Of a stretch of 64,000 bases of DNA, positions 1 to 8,932 are shown in pieces; the stretch's first letter is position 1; every line of letters begins with the position of its first letter. The position numbers were made by a program, and so were the translations under genes. Under the pieces are notes generated by a model that was not told where the DNA came from, did not search any database, and saw only the letters and a list, made by a program, of their open reading frames with translations. Origin of the DNA: Pseudomonadota bacterium. Its GTDB lineage: Bacteria; Pseudomonadota; Gammaproteobacteria; UBA4575. Location: NCBI GenBank assembly GCA_039182865.1, contig JBCDBX010000002.1, positions 1,356 to 65,355 on the forward strand. The letters are read 5' to 3'.

Positions 1-862
1 CTTCTTTTGGCTCTTCGCGCAAGGCGATGGTATTTCCATATGACTTGGACATCTTCTGCCCATCCAAGCCTGGCATTTTCGATGCTGCCGTCAACAACGC
101 ATTTGGCTCAGGTAATATAATTTTTCCTGCACCTTCAAGAAAACCAAATAAACGTTCCCTATCGCCTAAGGAAATATTTTGTTGCGAATCCAATAAAGCC
201 TGCGCAACATTCAGTGCTTCTTCATTGCCTTTTTCAAGAAAGTCTTTGCGCAGCTTTTTGTAAAGCTTGGCATTCTTTTTACCCATTTTTGCGATCGCCT
301 GTTCGGCTTTTTCTTTAAACCCAGGCTCTTTACCGTATAAATGATTAAAGCGTCGTGCGACTTCGCGGGTAAGCTCCACATGCGCGACTTGATCTTCACC
401 CACTGGCACATTGCCCGCTTTATAGACAAGAATATCGGCTGCTTGCAATAAGGGGTAACCCAAGAACCCATAGGTTGCCAGATCTTTTTCTTTAAGCTTT
501 TCTTGCTGATCTTTATAACTAGGGACACGCTCTAACCAACCAAGCGGCGTGTTCATTGAAAGCAATAAATGTAACTCCGCATGTTCAGGTATTCGCGACT
601 GTATAAATAAAGTTGACGTACCTGGACTTACACCTGCGGCTAACCAATCGATCACCATATCGATCACATGATTAGCGATCACAGAGGTATTGTCATATTC
701 CGTGGTTAAAGCATGCCAATCGGCCACAAAAAAGTAGCATTCATGAGTATGCTGTAACTCGATCCAATTTTTCAAAACTCCATGATAGTGGCCTAGGTGT
801 AACCTACCTGTGGGACGCATTCCAGAAAGAACACGTTGATTTTGTGCGCTAGTTGAAGGCAA
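1..862 (-). CDS. trpS: Tryptophan--tRNA ligase, partial (C-terminus lies beyond the window start). Probable TTG start at 862-860, alternatively ATG at 820-818.
   Basis: A minus-strand frame missed by the ORF track reads ...NKLPSTSAQNQRVLSGMRPTGRLHLGHYHGV... (class I HIGH-type signature) near 860-780 and ...QKMSKSYGNTIALREEPK (KMSKS motif) at 60-1. The frame is open from 886 to position 1. Confidence 0.8.
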   Translation of the reverse strand, partial: MPSTSAQNQRVLSGMRPTGRLHLGHYHGVLKNWIELQHTHECYFFVADWHALTTEYDNTSVIANHVIDMVIDWLAAGVSPGTSTLFIQSRIPEHAELHLLLSMNTPLGWLERVPSYKDQQEKLKEKDLATYGFLGYPLLQAADILVYKAGNVPVGEDQVAHVELTREVARRFNHLYGKEPGFKEKAEQAIAKMGKKNAKLYKKLRKDFLEKGNEEALNVAQALLDSQQNISLGDRERLFGFLEGAGKIILPEPNALLTAASKMPGLDGQKMSKSYGNTIALREEPKE

Positions 863-866
863 TTTA

Positions 867-1565
867 TTAAGCTTTTGCGATTGTGTTTAGGACTTGAATA
901 ATTTCATTTGAATTTAAGCCAAATAAACTTTCAAGAAAAATAACGAGGGAATATACAGGCATAATGACAAGATTCTGAAATATTCCAATATTAAATGTAA
1001 AGTCGAGCAAGAATACACCCAATACAATAAATAAACCGTAAGGTTCTAACTTATAAATATAGTTACTCAAATTTTCCGGCAATAGACCAGCTAATACTTT
1101 ACTGCCATCTAGTGGTGGCAAAGGTAACAAGTTTAAAATCATTATAATGGAATTAATAAATACACCCACTGTTGCCATTAGTAAAATATTTGTACCTAAT
1201 GTCGACTCCATGTTGTAGCCAATTTTAAAAATTATCACCCAAATAGCGGCCATGACTAGATTTGATGCGGGTCCTGCGGCCGCAACTAAGGCCATATCAA
1301 CCTTAGGATATCTCAATTGATTCATATCTACGGGTACTGGTTTGGCCCATCCAAACAAAACACCTCCCAGCGTTAGCATGACTGCCGGAACGGCTATAGT
1401 ACCCATAGGGTCGACATGCTTTATAGGATTCAAACTCAAGCGGCCAAGACTGGCTGCAGTGGGATCACCTAAATAACGTGCTGCCCAACCGTGGGCAACT
1501 TCGTGCATTGTAATCGCGAGCAAGATAGGGGGTGCGAAAAGTACAATCTTGAGGATAATGTCCAT
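867..1565 (-). CDS. Site-2 protease family (peptidase M50) zinc metalloprotease, polytopic membrane protein
   Basis: 232 aa with an HEVAHG (HExxH) motif in the first TM helix. Multiple hydrophobic segments and a PLDG motif typical of M50/S2P proteins. Its stop lies 5 nt upstream of the trpS start. Confidence 0.75.
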   Translation of the reverse strand: MDIILKIVLFAPPILLAITMHEVAHGWAARYLGDPTAASLGRLSLNPIKHVDPMGTIAVPAVMLTLGGVLFGWAKPVPVDMNQLRYPKVDMALVAAAGPASNLVMAAIWVIIFKIGYNMESTLGTNILLMATVGVFINSIIMILNLLPLPPLDGSKVLAGLLPENLSNYIYKLEPYGLFIVLGVFLLDFTFNIGIFQNLVIMPVYSLVIFLESLFGLNSNEIIQVLNTIAKA

Positions 1566-1672
1566 TTATTATTACATTATACTGGTATATCGCAGCAAAA
1601 TCTAAAACAACAAAGTTTTTCTGGCAATCCACAAATGTTGATTTACGATAGGAATCACAAAATATTCTAAGA

Positions 1673-2695
1673 ATGTATCAGGTAGAATGCACCAGACGAA
1701 AACCTGTTTTGTCTATTCTTAACATCATAGTTGTTATGCTATTAATGTCTTTGCTGACGATACCTAATGCAAAAGCAGATAATGAACAAATCACAAAAGA
1801 GTCTACAAACGATAGCACTCAAGTCACTGAAGAAGATGATTTGGTAGATGAGGACAATATCATCGACCGGACTCATCGCGCTATAGCCGAAGGCGCTAAT
1901 AATGCAGCACAAAGAATTGACGGTATTTTTGCAAAAGATTTTAACAAGAGAAAAAAGAATAAAAGCCACTTTATTGTTGAAACCAAGCAGGTTTTCGAAG
2001 AATCTGGTGATAAAAATCTTGAGTACCGAATAATTCTGCGTATTGATCTTCCTAATACTTCAGAAAGATTAAAATTGTTTTTTAACAGTGACTCTGCTGA
2101 TGAAGACAACCTTGAAGAACAAGTACTACCCTCACAAAATGATTATGGTGACTCCATTGATGATGCCAGTTTTGGACTACAATGGGATAGTAATCCAGAC
2201 AAAAAATGGAAGAGCTCAGCTAAACTTGGAATCACTGCGGGCTTTGATCCGTATATCAAATACCAGATAAAACGCAAATTTCGACTCAGTGAAAACTGGT
2301 ACTCAATTCCCAATCAGGAATTCTGGTACTATCAAGAAGACAAGGCTGGAGAAGCAAGCAGCATTAAATTTATTCGCCCTATCAGCAATACTCTGGAATT
2401 TTACACGAACTCAAAAGCTCAGTATGAAGAAAGGAAAGATTTTTTTGAGCTAATCCAGTCATTAAATTTTACTCAAATTTTATCACCCAAAAGTAGTATC
2501 ACTTACCATGCGGGCATAATCGGCCGAACTAAGCCAAATTTTCAAACCACCAATTACTATATTACGACCAATTACACACGAAAAATATACCGACACTGGC
2601 TATATCTCTCTATATACCCCGAAATAAGATTCCCTAGAGAAGAAGACTTTGATGAACAAGCTGCTATATCTTTTATTTTAAAAACCGTATTTTAG
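1673..2695 (+). CDS. Hypothetical secreted protein, likely outer-membrane beta-barrel (signal peptide, C-terminal Phe). Start may be the internal Met of MLLMSLL.
   Basis: The N-terminus has a hydrophobic signal ...LLMSLLTIPNAKA/DNEQ. The C-terminal third has alternating aromatic/hydrophobic beta-strand pattern and ends ...ILKTVF. No recognisable catalytic motif. Confidence 0.5.
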   Translation: MYQVECTRRKPVLSILNIIVVMLLMSLLTIPNAKADNEQITKESTNDSTQVTEEDDLVDEDNIIDRTHRAIAEGANNAAQRIDGIFAKDFNKRKKNKSHFIVETKQVFEESGDKNLEYRIILRIDLPNTSERLKLFFNSDSADEDNLEEQVLPSQNDYGDSIDDASFGLQWDSNPDKKWKSSAKLGITAGFDPYIKYQIKRKFRLSENWYSIPNQEFWYYQEDKAGEASSIKFIRPISNTLEFYTNSKAQYEERKDFFELIQSLNFTQILSPKSSITYHAGIIGRTKPNFQTTNYYITTNYTRKIYRHWLYLSIYPEIRFPREEDFDEQAAISFILKTVF

Positions 2696-2700
2696 AATCA

Positions 2701-3318
2701 TTAAAGCTGTTCAATTTCTCCCTTACCTTGCCTTAGAATTTCGAAATGTCCATCAATCATATCGATAACGGTTGTAGGCTCGAACCCGCAGTTACCCCCA
2801 TCAATAATCAAATCTACTTGGTGTTCTAAACGCTGACGCATTTCTTGTGGATCATTCATGGGAATTTCATCCCCAGGCAAGATTAAGGTACTACTCATCA
2901 ATGGCTCATTTAATTCTTCCAGTAATGCTAATGCCACACGATTATCAGGAATTCTCAAACCAATTGTTTTTCGCTTAGCCACTTGCAATCTTCTGGGTAC
3001 TTCGCGCGTCGCGCGCAGAATAAAGGTAAAAGGTCCAGGCGTATATGCACGCAATAGTCGATACATCGTGTTATCGACAAATGCATAATTACCCAGCTCA
3101 GAAAGATCCCGACACACCAAAGTAAAATTATGTTTGTCATCAACTTTGCGCAGATTACGAATTCTATCCAATGCATTTTTATCGCCCAGGTGACAGCCAA
3201 AGGCATAACAAGAATCTGTTGGATACACGACTAAAGCACCTTGCTTAATCATATCAACCGCTTGCTTGATTAACCTTAATTGAGGATTAACCGGGTGGAT
3301 CACAAAGTATTGACTCAT
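2701..3318 (-). CDS. tsaC: L-threonylcarbamoyladenylate synthase (TsaC/YrdC/Sua5 family)
   Basis: 205 aa. ...LVVYPTDSCYAFGCHLGDKNALDRIRNLRK... matches the YrdC-domain signature. Confidence 0.8.
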   Translation of the reverse strand: MSQYFVIHPVNPQLRLIKQAVDMIKQGALVVYPTDSCYAFGCHLGDKNALDRIRNLRKVDDKHNFTLVCRDLSELGNYAFVDNTMYRLLRAYTPGPFTFILRATREVPRRLQVAKRKTIGLRIPDNRVALALLEELNEPLMSSTLILPGDEIPMNDPQEMRQRLEHQVDLIIDGGNCGFEPTTVIDMIDGHFEILRQGKGEIEQL

Positions 3319-3449
3319 CGTGAATTAGGCTCGTTGATTAAGATAAAGGTATGCTGAGACAATAAATCAGCTAGAATTGCGCATCTTAATCATGAAATGA
3401 ATGATGTTAAACAAATTTATAATGATAAAAACCAAAGAGTGAACTAATA

Positions 3450-3746
3450 ATGTGGTACGCCATCATAAGTGAAGACGTTAAAAACAGCTTGGAAAAGAGA
3501 AAAAGCGTCCGCCCGAAACATATAGAAAGACTACAAGCACTAGTTGATACTGGGAAACTATTAACTGCTGGCCCTCATCCGGCCGTGGATAGCGAAGACC
3601 CTGGTGATTTTGGATTTACTGGCAGCCTTATCATTGCTGAATTCGAATCATTAGATGCCGCACAAGCATGGGCAGACGAGGACCCTTACATCGCTGCAGG
3701 GGTCTATCAGAAAGTTATTGTTAAACCTTATAAAAAGGTGTTTTAA
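3450..3746 (+). CDS. YciI-like (Dabb-type) small protein
   Basis: 98 aa. The [19 protein letters not shown]...[10 protein letters not shown] pattern is typical of the YciI family. Confidence 0.6.
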   Translation: MWYAIISEDVKNSLEKRKSVRPKHIERLQALVDTGKLLTAGPHPAVDSEDPGDFGFTGSLIIAEFESLDAAQAWADEDPYIAAGVYQKVIVKPYKKVF

Positions 3747-3778
3747 ACTCCATCTCATTTATTAACAAAGGAATTCGT

Positions 3779-4591
3779 ATGATTCGTCTCATTACTATTT
3801 TATTTATAATTAGCACGCTACTTGTTGCTTGCAAGCATGAAGGAGAGTCGGGCCACAGCCACAATGCCTCAGTTGCCGACGATCAAATTGCAGCACGTGT
3901 AAATGATGCGATTATCAGCAAAGATCAAGTTACGCAATTTAAAAACTTAAGGGGTAACCCACAAATATCCGATCAACAAATCATTGATGAGATGATTGCT
4001 ACTGAATTACTACGCCAGGAGGCGATTAAGTCTGGAATTGCGGATGACCCTGCCGTTGCTTTCCAACTCAAAATGCAAGAATCAGATCTACTCGCTCGCG
4101 TCTTAATGCGTGATAAATTCTCCGATGTAACATTTACAGATGAAGAATTACTTGCAGCTTATAACGCACAAATGGAAAACACTGACACACGCGAATTTAA
4201 GGCTCGCCATATTTTGCTTAAAACCCCTGATGAAGCAGCAGCAGTTATTGAAGCACTGCGCAATGGCGCGGACTTTGTTGAGCTTGCCAAAGAACGTTCA
4301 ACAGGTCCATCAGGACCTAATGGCGGCGACTTAGGTTGGTTTAAAGCATCTCGCATGGTGCCGCCATTTGCCGATGCGGTTAAAACTATGAATAAAGGCG
4401 ATGTATCTGTCTCCCCAGTTCAAACTGATTTTGGCTATCACGTTATCAAGCTTGAAGATGTAAGAGAACTAGAGAAACCAGATTTTGATACTATTCGTGA
4501 GCAGGTTCAGCAAAATCTAATAAGAGATGTCATCAACAATTATATAAATGGCGTGAAAGAAAATGCCGTCATTGTGATTAGCGAAAACTAG
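3779..4591 (+). CDS. Peptidyl-prolyl cis-trans isomerase, parvulin (PpiC/SurA-like) family, lipoprotein
   Basis: Lipobox LLVAC. Parvulin domain GDLGWFKASRMVPPFADAV...DFGYHVIKLEDV. N-terminal SurA-like chaperone segment. Confidence 0.75.
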   Translation: MIRLITILFIISTLLVACKHEGESGHSHNASVADDQIAARVNDAIISKDQVTQFKNLRGNPQISDQQIIDEMIATELLRQEAIKSGIADDPAVAFQLKMQESDLLARVLMRDKFSDVTFTDEELLAAYNAQMENTDTREFKARHILLKTPDEAAAVIEALRNGADFVELAKERSTGPSGPNGGDLGWFKASRMVPPFADAVKTMNKGDVSVSPVQTDFGYHVIKLEDVRELEKPDFDTIREQVQQNLIRDVINNYINGVKENAVIVISEN

Positions 4592-4698
4592 ATTAAAAAA
4601 TTGTTGCACTTGCACAAGGTTTATACAAGAATGGTGTTTAAGATCTCACCAGATGTGAATCTCTTGATAATAAAAATGCAAATTGCGAGGAGATAATC

Positions 4699-4863
4699 AT
4701 GAGCAGCTCAACAGAAGCACCTCAATGCTCTACCTTAAGACGTCACTGGGAATCCGCTAAAGCAATGGAATCCAAGCCGTCCAGTTCAACGCCATCAAGC
4801 ACTAGCTCTTCATCAAGTAACAGTGGTGGTTTTTTTGGCTGGCTTAAATCATTATTTAGCTAG
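4699..4863 (+). CDS. Small Ser-rich ORF (54 aa) with strong Shine-Dalgarno; not in the ORF track
   Basis: GAGGAGATAATC ATG. Translation: MSSSTEAPQCSTLRRHWESAKAMESKPSSSTPSSTSSSSSNSGGFFGWLKSLFS. Low-complexity Ser/Thr tract followed by an aromatic C-terminus. Confidence 0.3.
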   Translation: MSSSTEAPQCSTLRRHWESAKAMESKPSSSTPSSTSSSSSNSGGFFGWLKSLFS

Positions 4864-4872
4864 TAAAAACAG

Positions 4873-4904
4873 ACGCGTATCCTAAAAATTTCACAAGGAT
4901 ACGC
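4873..4904. terminator. Perfect 9-bp inverted repeat (CGCGTATCC ... GGATACGCG) between convergent genes; followed by a T-run on the minus strand
   Basis: Seen directly. The hairpin lies between the stop of the 54-aa ORF (4863) and the stop of the minus-strand gene (4910). The minus-strand reading gives stem-loop plus TCTGTTTTT. Confidence 0.45.
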
Positions 4905-4909
4905 GCATG

Positions 4910-5707
4910 TTAAGTTTTCAACGCATACTGAATAAACTCAAATAGTAGTATTCCGTCTTCACAATAAAAACATTGTGGCCTTGATTGCAATTCTTTTGAC
5001 TGCAATTTGATGCCACTTTTAATTGGCGTGCAAGAATAAATATTCTTATATTCAATAGCATTTACACCATCGTTACTCTCGTAATATATACATAGATTTG
5101 TTAACCAGATCTTCCCTTCACCAATTTCATTTGATTCAAACAAATTTTTTCTTTTTGAAGGTAAAGTATTATCAATAATTTGCTTGATCACCGACCAATT
5201 AGCTTGTTCCTGCTTAGGTTTAATTTGCTCGACATGACAAGATGAGAAACACCATCTCATTACTTCATTACTGCTTAACTCAACAGAAAAATTTGCTGAG
5301 TTTGCATTACTGGCTGGCAAAATGCCATTGCGGATAGATTTAATTATGAAATGACTTTCTTGCTGAATGATAAAATTTTTGTTGATAAATAGAGACTCAT
5401 CAAGCATTAATTCTTTTAACAGCATCAACCAATCGGAATAACTTTGATCAGGGATTTTTTCAAGATTTTCATTAGAAAAACTTTCAAGCGCTCGAATCAA
5501 AGTACGTTGGGAAGCTTCTTTAGTAAACCCATAATTTGCCACATGTATCTGAAGCATTTCAGCTAACTGAGTATAAGTAGATTGGCCTAATTGCTCTTTT
5601 ATTATTTTGGTTAATTCACCTTCTGATGCTTGATAAAGCTCATAGCAACTTTTATGTAAAGAATAAAAAAAGCCTGCAGACTTTCCACAAAGTATGCAGG
5701 CTCCCAT
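4910..5707 (-). CDS. Hypothetical protein with CxxC pairs at both termini (possible zinc ribbon); no family recognised
   Basis: 265 aa. N-term MGACILCGKSAGFFYSLHKSC. C-term RPQCFYCEDG. AT-rich coding sequence. Confidence 0.5.
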   Translation of the reverse strand: MGACILCGKSAGFFYSLHKSCYELYQASEGELTKIIKEQLGQSTYTQLAEMLQIHVANYGFTKEASQRTLIRALESFSNENLEKIPDQSYSDWLMLLKELMLDESLFINKNFIIQQESHFIIKSIRNGILPASNANSANFSVELSSNEVMRWCFSSCHVEQIKPKQEQANWSVIKQIIDNTLPSKRKNLFESNEIGEGKIWLTNLCIYYESNDGVNAIEYKNIYSCTPIKSGIKLQSKELQSRPQCFYCEDGILLFEFIQYALKT

Positions 5708-5727
5708 AATGCTTAAACTATCTTAAC

Positions 5728-6471
5728 TTAATCAACGTCGCCATCCACGTCCAAGCCTTCATACAGGCTTGTATCAACTGGTGGATTCCCATCGTGTATT
5801 AAAAAATTTCTTCTATCCAAATATGCATCTCTAATGAATGCATAGCGATCCGTGGAGATACCTTCAACTTGTTTCTCTAAAGACAATAACTCAGCTCGAA
5901 CACTTACTTGCCTTACCGTCCATATTATTATTCGCTCACCCCATTTCATCTCGATATAAGTAAGCGGATTTAATGCGATTCGGTCGACAACGTATGAGGG
6001 TGTCGTTCTTAATGTATTTGGACCGAGGAATGGCCAGACAACATATGGGCCTTGAGGTACGCCCCATACAGCAAGTGTTTGTCCAAAATCTTCATTATGT
6101 TTCTCTAATCCAATTGCTGAAGCGGGATCAAATAAGCCAAGGATTCCAATTGTTGTATTAATGACAAATCGTCCTGCATCAGAGAGTGAATCGCGGAATT
6201 TACCCTGCATCAAATTATTGGCAGCGATGTGCACATCATCAATATTTGAATAGAAATTCCGAACACCTGTTCTGACAAATTGAGGTGTCACAGCGACATA
6301 GCCTTTTGCGACGGGCTTAAGAATTGCTCTATCTAGCGTATCATTAAATTCATACATTGAACGGTTAAACCCTTGCCAAGGATCACGTTCATCTTCAACA
6401 TATTGAGTCGTTGCACATCCACTCATGATCGTAGTTAGCATAACGATGATCATTAAGTAGATTTTTGACAT
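5728..6471 (-). CDS. mlaA: Phospholipid-binding lipoprotein MlaA (VacJ family). The start is taken at the internal Met preceding the lipobox; the ORF track extends it to 6501.
   Basis: MSKIYLMIIVMLTTIMSGC lipobox. DPWQGFNRSMYEFND...GPYVVWPFLGP are VacJ/MlaA hallmarks. Confidence 0.8.
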   Translation of the reverse strand: MSKIYLMIIVMLTTIMSGCATTQYVEDERDPWQGFNRSMYEFNDTLDRAILKPVAKGYVAVTPQFVRTGVRNFYSNIDDVHIAANNLMQGKFRDSLSDAGRFVINTTIGILGLFDPASAIGLEKHNEDFGQTLAVWGVPQGPYVVWPFLGPNTLRTTPSYVVDRIALNPLTYIEMKWGERIIIWTVRQVSVRAELLSLEKQVEGISTDRYAFIRDAYLDRRNFLIHDGNPPVDTSLYEGLDVDGDVD

Positions 6472-6524
6472 TCCCTTATTTGACACGGACACTCCTCCCA
6501 TACGGTCTTCTGATTCCTATCTTT

Positions 6525-7733
6525 TTATTTGGACTGCGCCTGGATTCGCAATCTCAGTGCGTTGAGTTTTATAAACCCTTCAGCATCCTTTTGATCATAA
6601 GCCCCTTGATCATCCTCGAATGTTGCGATTGTCTCACTAAACAAGCTGTGTTGATCAGATTTGCGGCCACAAACCATAATATTACCTTTGTAGAGCTTTA
6701 AGCGCACCTCTCCTGTGACGGTTTTTTGTGTTTCATCTATAAGTCTTTGTAATGCAAGCCTTTCTGGACTCCACCAATAGCCGTTATAGATCAATTTTGC
6801 ATAGCGAGGCATTAAATCGTCTTTTAAATGAGCAACTTCCCGATCTAGCGTGATTGACTCTAATGCGCGGTGCGCCTTTAGTAGCAAGGTTCCGCCCGGC
6901 GTCTCATAACATCCACGTGATTTCATCCCGACATATCGATTCTCAACGATATCCAAGCGTCCAATTCCATGTCGCCCAGCGAGCGTATTGAGCGTTTCCA
7001 GCATGGTCGCAGGTGACAATTTTTTACCATTTAGACTAACTGCATCGCCTTGCTCAAAGCCAAGCTCAATAGTTTCTACTTGATTAGGCGCCGCCTCAGG
7101 AGACACACTCCAACGCCACATGTCTTCTTGCGGTTCACACCATGGGTCTTCAAGTTCACCACCCTCATACGAAATATGTAGTAAGTTGGCATCCATCGAG
7201 TAAGGAGAACCACCTTTACGTTTCTGCTCAACGGGAATGCCATGTTTTTCCGCATAAGCAAGTAAGGTTTCACGTGAGCTCAAGTCCCATTCGCGCCAAG
7301 GAGCAATAATTTTGATGTCCGGATTAAGCGCATAGGCTCCCAACTCAAAACGAACTTGATCATTACCTTTCCCTGTCGCGCCATGGGAAATAGCATCGGC
7401 ACCCGTTTCCTTAGCAATTTCAATTAAGCGTTTCGCAATAAGCGGCCGAGCGATCGATGTACCTAAAAGATATTCGCCTTCATAGATGGTGTTGGCACGA
7501 AACATAGGAAAAACAAAATCATTTACAAATTCTTCGCGCAAATCTTCAATATAGATTTCCTTTACACCTAACTGCTTAGCTTTTGCGCGTGCAGGTTCTA
7601 CTTCCTCTCCCTGGCCAAGATCCGCTGTGAAGGTCACCACTTCACATTGATATTGTTCCTCCAGCCAACGCAAAATAACGGATGTGTCTAACCCGCCAGA
7701 ATATGCAAGGACGACTTTTTGAATGTCTGTCAT
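6525..7733 (-). CDS. argG: Argininosuccinate synthase
   Basis: 402 aa. [10 protein letters not shown]-loop-like N-terminus. Full-length similarity to type-I ArgG. Confidence 0.95.
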   Translation of the reverse strand: MTDIQKVVLAYSGGLDTSVILRWLEEQYQCEVVTFTADLGQGEEVEPARAKAKQLGVKEIYIEDLREEFVNDFVFPMFRANTIYEGEYLLGTSIARPLIAKRLIEIAKETGADAISHGATGKGNDQVRFELGAYALNPDIKIIAPWREWDLSSRETLLAYAEKHGIPVEQKRKGGSPYSMDANLLHISYEGGELEDPWCEPQEDMWRWSVSPEAAPNQVETIELGFEQGDAVSLNGKKLSPATMLETLNTLAGRHGIGRLDIVENRYVGMKSRGCYETPGGTLLLKAHRALESITLDREVAHLKDDLMPRYAKLIYNGYWWSPERLALQRLIDETQKTVTGEVRLKLYKGNIMVCGRKSDQHSLFSETIATFEDDQGAYDQKDAEGFIKLNALRLRIQAQSK

Positions 7734-7834
7734 AATTTAAAAATTTAAAAGCTTTATGTTTAGGTTAAACTCGAAGTATATCGAAAGATTGTCTCAATCA
7801 CCTGCTAAATATATAAAAAATATAAGAATTTCAC

Positions 7835-8542
7835 ATGTCTGTCCTGCAAAATATTATCAATGACAAAATTGACTATGTTCCTCTAGGGAATCGCTTTCGA
7901 GGTTTTTGCCCGGTTGTGGTAGATGTTGAAACAGGAGGTTTTAATTCACAAACCGATGCTTTGCTGGAAGTGGCGGCAATTATATTGGGAATTGATGCAA
8001 ACGGTAAACTTTATTGCAAAGAGTCCCATCAAGTGCATGTTCAACCATTTGAAGGAGCAAATATTGAACCAGCTTCTTTAGCCGTGAATGGTATAGATCC
8101 GTATCATCCGTTAAGAATTGCCATACCAGAAAAAGAGGCACTTAAGAGTATATTTAAACCCATTCGCGCAGCGGTGAAAGAGAATATTTGTAAACGTGCA
8201 ATTCTGGTGGGACATAACGCCACTTTTGATTTGAATTTTATCCACACATCAGCGAACCGCGCCAAAGTTAAAAACAACCCATTTCATCCATTTAGCGCTT
8301 TAGATACCGTAACACTAGGAGCAATGGCTTATGGCCAAACAGTCTTATCAAGAATGGCGCAGCAAGCGGGATTGGATTGGAATAACGAAAATGCACATTC
8401 CGCAATTTATGATGCACGCATGACAGCAGAGCTATTTTGCAAAATACTCAATACTTGGAATAACCAAGTAAAACAAATTCTTCCGGTGTCTAATCCTGCT
8501 TTGACACAGAATGAGGAAGATGACGATGAGAGTGAAACTTAA
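7835..8542 (+). CDS. rnt: Ribonuclease T (DEDDh exonuclease)
   Basis: VVVDVETGGF...LVGHNATFDLNFI...HSAIYDA motifs. Confidence 0.85.
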   Translation: MSVLQNIINDKIDYVPLGNRFRGFCPVVVDVETGGFNSQTDALLEVAAIILGIDANGKLYCKESHQVHVQPFEGANIEPASLAVNGIDPYHPLRIAIPEKEALKSIFKPIRAAVKENICKRAILVGHNATFDLNFIHTSANRAKVKNNPFHPFSALDTVTLGAMAYGQTVLSRMAQQAGLDWNNENAHSAIYDARMTAELFCKILNTWNNQVKQILPVSNPALTQNEEDDDESET

Positions 8543-8862
8543 CTTTTGGATTCTGCTGCTTGCTTAACCATATCTTGCAACTCACCTTTCTCGGCAAGTT
8601 CAAGCGTGATATCACATCCACCTACTAGCTCACCATTAATATACAACTGGGGAAAAGTAGGCCAGTCAGCGAAGCGAGGCAAATTTTGAAAAATCTCAGG
8701 ATCCATTAATACATTCACGTAGGCAAACTCATGACCACAGTTTTTAAGCGCTTCAGCAGTACGCATGGAAAAACCACATTGCGGCATCTGTGGAGTCCCT
8801 TTCATATAAACAATAACGGGATTTGATTCAACCTGTTCGCGAATTCGATCTAATACATCCAT
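8539..8862 (-). CDS. grxD: Grx4-family monothiol glutaredoxin
   Basis: 107 aa with a CGFS active site (PQCGFS). Confidence 0.9.
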   Translation of the reverse strand: MDVLDRIREQVESNPVIVYMKGTPQMPQCGFSMRTAEALKNCGHEFAYVNVLMDPEIFQNLPRFADWPTFPQLYINGELVGGCDITLELAEKGELQDMVKQAAESKS

Positions 8863-8932
8863 GGCACATCCTTGAAGATTTGAAGTAATTAAATTGAGCT
8901 TATTTTAACGAGAATCGCACGGCTATACATAT

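Noticed and set aside
27-528. Track ORFs 27..263 (+) and 211..528 (-)
   Set aside because: Both lie inside the minus-strand trpS frame that I reconstructed (HIGH-like and KMSKS motifs). They are in the wrong frame or strand and have no motif content.
1742-2270. Antisense/overlapping small ORFs inside the 1673..2695 gene (1742..1969 -, 1873..2109 -, 2088..2270 +). Similar cases: 2858..3206, 9433..9995, 20359..20661, 38558..39208.
   Set aside because: These are embedded in longer ORFs with family signatures and have no RBS or motif. They are typical shadow ORFs.
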